Positions 59,182 through 64,000 of a DNA stretch of 64,000 nt are shown here, piece after piece. The DNA lies in contig QJYB01000006.1 of NCBI GenBank assembly GCA_003247835.1, positions 3,183 to 67,182 of the forward strand, read 5' to 3'. The first letter of the stretch is position 1; the number at the start of each line of letters is the position of its first letter. The notes beneath the pieces are model-generated. The model searched no databases, had not been told where the DNA came from, and saw nothing but the letters and a program-made list of their open reading frames with translations. A program made the position numbers and the translations under genes. The DNA comes from Gammaproteobacteria bacterium. Lineage in GTDB: Bacteria; Pseudomonadota; Gammaproteobacteria; Pseudomonadales; Azotimanducaceae.

Positions 59182-60498
59182 CTACTCGGCGCGCTCAAGC
59201 GCTGCCCGGTGACGCGCCACAGCCAGCGCTCCTTCCGCCGGCTGATCGATGAAGAAGCCGTTCACGCCGGCGTCGAGCAACGCAGTCAATTCCTCGCTCA
59301 CCGTCACCAGCCGGCCCTCGCGCTGATACAGAAACGGCGCCTCGGCCCGCAGGGTATAGGTATGCACGATCAGCCCCGCAGCACGTACCTGCTCGAAGAA
59401 CGGCGTTGCCCGGGAAGTGAACGTGCCGTTGCCGCCACCGGCATCGGGCAGTATCGCGAGCACGTTGTCGAGGGGCGGGCCGACGCCGGTGGCATACCGC
59501 CGGTGCAGATAGGCGAGCACCGCCGGCGACGTCAGATCTGCATAGCTGATGTCTGCCGTGATACCCCCGGATACCAGCGTTGCGAGCTCGCCATAGATCT
59601 CGAGATCCTTCCGGCGGGCCCGGGAAACCATGTCCCAGGGTGCCGACCGGTAGCGCCGGTTGTACACATCGCCGTAGAGCTGGATCAGCGGGATCCCGAG
59701 ACCGAGCGCCGCCAGCCGGTCCTTCAGCTCGATGAGCGGCGCCATCTCGAAGCACTGCAGGAACAGCCGATCCGCGTCGGTGAACCGTAGCCGCAGCAGC
59801 TCGTCGATCAGCAGCGCCCCCAGGTCCACACCGATCGATGCGCCGTCGAGCCGACGTCCCTCCAGCGCGAAGTAGGTCGGGTGCTTGAGCTCGATGTAGA
59901 GACCTGCCCGCGCAGCAGCATCGGCCCTGGTGCTGCGCAGCAGCCCGATCACGTCGGCCAGCGTGGGTATGCCTTCGGTACCATCGTAGAGCGCATTGCC
60001 CGGGCGGATCGCCGGCATCCGCTCTCGCGCCTGAAGCTGCCTGAGCTCGGCCAGCGTGAAATCCTCCGTGAACCAGCCGCCGACCAGCCGGCCGTCTATC
60101 CGCTTGACCGTCAGCCGGTCGGCGAACGCTTCGTGCTCGGCCACATCCGTGGTCGCCTCGACGATATCCGGTCGGCCGGCGGCATCGCGGACGAGCTGGC
60201 CGGTGCTGTCCGTCGCGGCGACGGCCAGGGCGTTTTCGTGGCGGGCAACGAGCACCCCGTCCCGCGTCGCCACCAGGTCGAGCTCGATGAAGTCGGCCCC
60301 CTCAACGAGCGCCAGCTCGTACGCGCTCAACGTGTGCTCCGGCCGTTGCCCGCTCGCGCCCCGGTGCGCGATGACGACCGGCGCACTCCATGTCGCGTTG
60401 ATCGACTTGTCAAAGTCGGCGCACGACTGCGAAGAGGTCAGGAAAAAACCTGTAAAAACCGCGATCAGCGGCACGAGCTTCAACGGGATTCGATTCAA
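59182..60498 (-). CDS. Secreted glycerophosphodiester phosphodiesterase family protein
   Basis: A signal peptide is present. The GDPD motif VIAHRGASGQRPEHTLSAYELALVEGADFIELDLVATRDG is present. The start is TTG with GGAGAA upstream. Confidence 0.85.
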   Translation of the reverse strand: MNRIPLKLVPLIAVFTGFFLTSSQSCADFDKSINATWSAPVVIAHRGASGQRPEHTLSAYELALVEGADFIELDLVATRDGVLVARHENALAVAATDSTGQLVRDAAGRPDIVEATTDVAEHEAFADRLTVKRIDGRLVGGWFTEDFTLAELRQLQARERMPAIRPGNALYDGTEGIPTLADVIGLLRSTRADAAARAGLYIELKHPTYFALEGRRLDGASIGVDLGALLIDELLRLRFTDADRLFLQCFEMAPLIELKDRLAALGLGIPLIQLYGDVYNRRYRSAPWDMVSRARRKDLEIYGELATLVSGGITADISYADLTSPAVLAYLHRRYATGVGPPLDNVLAILPDAGGGNGTFTSRATPFFEQVRAAGLIVHTYTLRAEAPFLYQREGRLVTVSEELTALLDAGVNGFFIDQPAEGALAVARHRAALERAE

Positions 60499-60765
60499 TA
60501 TTTCTCCACGCGCTTTACAGCGGTAGGGATAGACGAATAAGTCATTTCTCAGCGTTCCACGACCCGACTACCATGAACTTCACGGCGGGTCCTTCAACCT
60601 CATTCAGTCGATGAACCATGACCGCCGAATGTTCGTCTGCTCGTCCTGCGTGCGTGGTGAGCCGCGCGCCGCCCTGGCAATCGCCCGGGCAAAGGTAGCA
60701 GGTATGTGCGGTCGCGCAGGACGCGACACAGCTAGAGAAACGTTGAACGGATCCCGCCGGGTTTT

Positions 60766-62043
60766 CTACCGCTCATCGCTCCCCCGTCCGTTCTCCTCGG
60801 CGGCCTCCCGCAGAGGCAGGAACTGGATTCCGTCCGGCTCGTCCAGCCGATCGATCAGCGCATCGCCCATGGCCGTAGCCGGTGTGAGCACGCCACCAGC
60901 CGAACCCAGTAGATCTCTGGCAAGGCACACCGCACTCTCGCCGAGCATGCGAGCCGTCGCACCATAACCCGGATCCCGGTCGGCCCTGATCCGCAGCCGG
61001 ATGTCGGCGCTGCTGCGATCCGGATGCTTACCGAGCAGCTGGATCTGGAAGTGACCCGCCTCCCTGGCTGCCCGAGTTGGACCTTCGCCGGGTTCGGGCA
61101 GCAAGGCGGACAGCCAGCGTCGCAGGGCGCCCAGACGCATGGCGGCGTTGAAGGTTGCCGTGCCGCTCGCCATGGCGACCGCCAGGGGAAAACCGAGCTG
61201 TCCGTAGGGGAGCAGAACCGCTTCGTCATAGCGGAATCCGGCGCCGTAGGGTGTGCCGAGCAGGGCATGGCTGCGGCGGACCACCTTGGTGTTGATCTCC
61301 GCCATCACGAAGGGCGCGATCCAGGCTCGAAAGTCCGGATCGTACTCCGGGTAGGTCTTCTCCGGCCCGTCGAGCCCCCGCGGTGCACCTTCCGGGTTCA
61401 GCGCGTAGGGATCGCGGAGAATGGTTTCCACCGTCGCATCCCGCTCCGCTTCTGCGAGCATGTTCAGCATGCTGGCAGCGGTACCGCCGCTGAATGCACC
61501 ACGGGTCGACTCCACCCGGAACTTGACCGCGGCACAGTAGACCCCGTGGGCCGCCCGCATTTCCCGCTGCAGCCAGTGCACGCCGAGGTCCGAGGGAATG
61601 CAGTCGAACCCGCAGGTGTGAACAATCCGCGCACCGGAGCGCCGGGCCGTCTCGTGGTGCCCATCGATCATGCGCCGCATCCAGTGCACCTCGCCGGTGA
61701 GGTCGCAGTAGTGCGTACCGAGCTCCGCGCACACGGCCACCAGATTCGAGCCGTAGAGCGCATAGGGGCCGACGGTGGTGGCCACCACCCGGGTCCGCCC
61801 GGCCAGTCTGCGCAGCGATTCGACGTCGTTGCTGTCGGCGGCGAGAATGGGAAGCGATCCGGCGTCGGGGCCCAGCTCCCCCCGCACCACCTCGAGCTTT
61901 GTGGCGTTGCGACCCGCGATCGCCCAGGAGAGCGGTCCATCTGCCCCATAGCGCTCGAGCAGGTATTCAGCGACCAGTCTGCCGGTGAAGCCGCTCGCAC
62001 CGAAGACGACGACGTCGAATTCCTTCGCGGCCGGCTCCACCAT
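60766..62043 (-). CDS. Saccharopine dehydrogenase-like NAD(P)-binding oxidoreductase
   Basis: The N-terminal Rossmann motif is FDVVVFGASGFTGRLVAEYL. The product is 425 aa, a length typical of the Sacchrp_dh family. Confidence 0.8.
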   Translation of the reverse strand: MVEPAAKEFDVVVFGASGFTGRLVAEYLLERYGADGPLSWAIAGRNATKLEVVRGELGPDAGSLPILAADSNDVESLRRLAGRTRVVATTVGPYALYGSNLVAVCAELGTHYCDLTGEVHWMRRMIDGHHETARRSGARIVHTCGFDCIPSDLGVHWLQREMRAAHGVYCAAVKFRVESTRGAFSGGTAASMLNMLAEAERDATVETILRDPYALNPEGAPRGLDGPEKTYPEYDPDFRAWIAPFVMAEINTKVVRRSHALLGTPYGAGFRYDEAVLLPYGQLGFPLAVAMASGTATFNAAMRLGALRRWLSALLPEPGEGPTRAAREAGHFQIQLLGKHPDRSSADIRLRIRADRDPGYGATARMLGESAVCLARDLLGSAGGVLTPATAMGDALIDRLDEPDGIQFLPLREAAEENGRGSDER

Positions 62044-62206
62044 CGCGAACGCGCTCCTGTGCTGCTGAATGGTCCTCAGTCTACACCAGGGCGCCGTCGG
62101 AAACGGTCCGCCAGGGCTGCTACACTCGGCAGCACTCGTCGAGCCTGCGCTTCATGGCACGAACCGGCGCCGGACGGGTCGAAGCTGCAGGCAGCTCTTA
62201 AAGTAT

Positions 62207-62776
62207 GTGCACTCTGTGAATCGAAACTGCACTTCCAACCCAAGCCGTCTCTGGTCCATCACGCTGGGTGCCGCGTGCCTGCTCGCCAGCGCCGTCGTGT
62301 GGGGTGACGCTTCCCCGCAGTGGCTGCTCGGCGACTGGGTGCTCAACAGCGAGAAGACTCAAGCACTCACGCCGAAACAGAAAGGCGGCGGCGGCATGGG
62401 CGGCTTCACGCCCAGCATTTCCGTTGGCGGCGTCGGCATACCGCTTCCGGGTGCCGGTGGGGCGCCTGCCGGTGGCGGCGCGCAGGATCCACGTGTGCTG
62501 CGATGCGACGCCATGTCCATCTCCATGTCCGGCAGCAACGTTCACTTCGAGTATCGCGGCTCCGGTGAGGAGACCATGGTGCCCGGCAACGATCAGGGCA
62601 GAAAAACCGGGTGGACACGCAACAAGCTGACGCAGACCTACACCACCACGGTGCGATCCGTCTCCAAGACCTACCAGCTCGAAAAGGACGGCACGCTGAT
62701 CGTGAAGGTGAAACTCAATCCAAAGGGTGCCAAAGGCGCGACCCATATCCGCGTTTTCGAGCGGCCCGCTGGCTGA
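62207..62776 (+). CDS. Hypothetical secreted protein with Gly-rich linker
   Basis: There is a signal-like segment (LWSITLGAACLLASAVVWG), a GDWVLNSEKT block and a Gly-rich tract (KGGGGMGGF...PGAGGAPAGGGA). The start is GTG 62207 or 62216. The ORF-track start at 62069 is probably too far upstream. Confidence 0.5.
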   Translation: MHSVNRNCTSNPSRLWSITLGAACLLASAVVWGDASPQWLLGDWVLNSEKTQALTPKQKGGGGMGGFTPSISVGGVGIPLPGAGGAPAGGGAQDPRVLRCDAMSISMSGSNVHFEYRGSGEETMVPGNDQGRKTGWTRNKLTQTYTTTVRSVSKTYQLEKDGTLIVKVKLNPKGAKGATHIRVFERPAG

Positions 62777-62849
62777 TCGGTGATTGAAGTGCCGGAGGTT
62801 TTGGCGCTAATGTCCCTGTCAGGAACTTCCAAGCTGTCGGGGACACTTC

Positions 62850-63341
62850 ATGACGCAACCGGGCGCCGGGCGATCGGTCAGCCGTACTGTAAATGACCGG
62901 CTCCTGCTGAGCCTTCTGCTGCTGTCCATGTCCACGCTGCTCGCTGGCTGCGATGAGCCCTTCATCGTCATGGCCGGAGGTGCACTCACCGGCGACGTCG
63001 AAGATCCGCCTGCTGACTGGACACCGCTCAACGAGATCGACGTGGTTCAGCTCGAAACCCGCCCGGAAGATCCCTATTCGGTCAACGTTTGGATGATCGC
63101 AAGGGGCAGGGACATATACGTCGCCACCGGCAAGGGTGAGACCCGCTGGACCCGAAACATCGCCGACAACCCCGACGTTCGCCTGCGCGTGGACGGCAAG
63201 GTCTACGAGTTGGAAGCCTATACGGTGCTGGACGAGTCGGAGAAGATCGCCATCGGTGAGGAGTACGTGAAGAAGTACGGGGTGGACGACGACGACAACT
63301 GGGTCGACGAAGGTCGACTGTACCGTCTGGACCGCCGTTGA
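62850..63341 (+). CDS. Hypothetical lipoprotein (possibly split-barrel fold)
   Basis: The lipobox LLAGC follows a hydrophobic leader. The pattern WMIARGRDIYV...TRWTRNIADNPDVRLRVDGKVYELEA resembles DUF385/PNPOx-like barrels. This is recognition from memory only. Confidence 0.55.
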   Translation: MTQPGAGRSVSRTVNDRLLLSLLLLSMSTLLAGCDEPFIVMAGGALTGDVEDPPADWTPLNEIDVVQLETRPEDPYSVNVWMIARGRDIYVATGKGETRWTRNIADNPDVRLRVDGKVYELEAYTVLDESEKIAIGEEYVKKYGVDDDDNWVDEGRLYRLDRR

Positions 63342-64000
63342 GCAGCGCCGGGGATCGCGCGCCAACCGAACCCGGATTCAGCGCCCGCACCGCCATGGCG
63401 GTGGTGGTGGCCAACATGATCGGCACCGGGGTGTTCACCAGCCTCGGCTATCAGCTGCTCGACATTCGGTCAGGTTTCGTGCTGATCCTGCTGTGGATCG
63501 TTGGCGGTGTGACTGCCCTGTGTGGCGCGCTGACCTATGCCGAGCTCGGCTCCGCGCTGCCCCGCTCCGGCGGCGAGTACAACTTTCTCTCTGCCATCTA
63601 CCATCCGTCCGCAGGCTTCGTTTCCGGCTGGGTGTCGGCCACCATCGGCTTCGCCGCGCCGACGGCGCTCGCCGCGATCACCTTCGGTCGGTATCTCACG
63701 GCAGTGTTTCCCGGCTTGTCAGCCACTTGGCTCGCCGCCGGCCTGGTGGTCGTGCTCACGGCGATCCACGCCAGCACACGCCGCAACAGCGGCGGCGTGC
63801 AGCGTGCGTTCACCCTGCTCAAGGTGCTGCTCATCCTGTCGTTCTGCGGTTGCGCCTGGATCCTCGTTGTCAATCCACAACCGGACGTCCGTTTTCTTCC
63901 CGGCCCGGGCGATCTGGCACTCACCCTGTCCGGCGGTTTCGCCGTGGCGCTGATCTTCGTCAACTACGCCTACACCGGGTGGAACGCGGCGACCTATCTC
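63338..64000 (+). CDS. APC-superfamily amino acid permease, N-terminal part; continues past the window end
   Basis: Hand translation gives ...FSARTAMAVVVANMIGTGVFTSLGYQL...YAELGSALPRSGGEYNFL...NYAYTGWNAATYL. The start is TTG 63338, which overlaps the upstream TGA, or ATG 63395. The ORF is open-ended, so it is absent from the ORF track. Confidence 0.82.
   Translation, partial: MSSAGDRAPTEPGFSARTAMAVVVANMIGTGVFTSLGYQLLDIRSGFVLILLWIVGGVTALCGALTYAELGSALPRSGGEYNFLSAIYHPSAGFVSGWVSATIGFAAPTALAAITFGRYLTAVFPGLSATWLAAGLVVVLTAIHASTRRNSGGVQRAFTLLKVLLILSFCGCAWILVVNPQPDVRFLPGPGDLALTLSGGFAVALIFVNYAYTGWNAATYL

Noticed and set aside
60611-60967. 118-aa plus ORF in and beyond the 267-bp gap upstream of the GDPD gene
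   Set aside because: Its 3' two-thirds overlap the saccharopine-dehydrogenase-like gene on the opposite strand. It has no motif and no convincing SD. The gap more likely holds the GDPD promoter and a terminator-like hairpin (TGTG-cgg-TCGCG-cagga-CGCGA-CACA, about 60705-60730) for the convergently positioned upstream gene.

Overview
This is a high-GC (mid-60s % by eye, not computed) gammaproteobacterial chromosomal segment, densely coding and dominated by conserved housekeeping blocks whose order resembles E. coli and Pseudomonas. The blocks are: nudE | yrfG-hslR-hslO-pckA-gshA-acpH; dsbB; an ABC-F ATPase; hemB | trxA-rho-fre; hemYXDC-algR-algZ | argH-lptM-lysA-dapF-DUF484-xerC-yigB; thrC; a TorF-like porin-glnK-amtB operon; ubiK-yifB/comM; cytochromes c5 and c4; ivd-DoxX-aminotransferase-ald | lrp; and alr. 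I found no rRNA, tRNA, CRISPR array, transposase, phage gene or recognisable defence or toxin-antitoxin gene. I therefore cannot point to a clear accessory island or a convincing novel system. The least ordinary content is listed here. (1) The 49.8-54.4 kb locus holds an Arg-rich mini-ORF, a 562-aa protein with a LuxR HTH in the middle and an alpha/beta-hydrolase fold at the C-terminus, and a ~780-aa coiled-coil protein ending in a helix-hairpin-helix module. (2) An ECF sigma / anti-sigma / protease-less dual-PDZ operon. (3) An orphan ParA-like ATPase behind an AT-rich, palindrome-packed intergenic region. (4) A GATC-dense tandem hairpin repeat that supplies the stop codons of two convergent genes, and a related palindromic in-frame insert in fre. 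Most long extra ORFs in the six-frame track are alternate-frame or antisense shadows typical of high-GC DNA. All start codons that differ from the ORF track were re-derived by hand from the sequence. All family assignments come from motif recognition, not from database searches.
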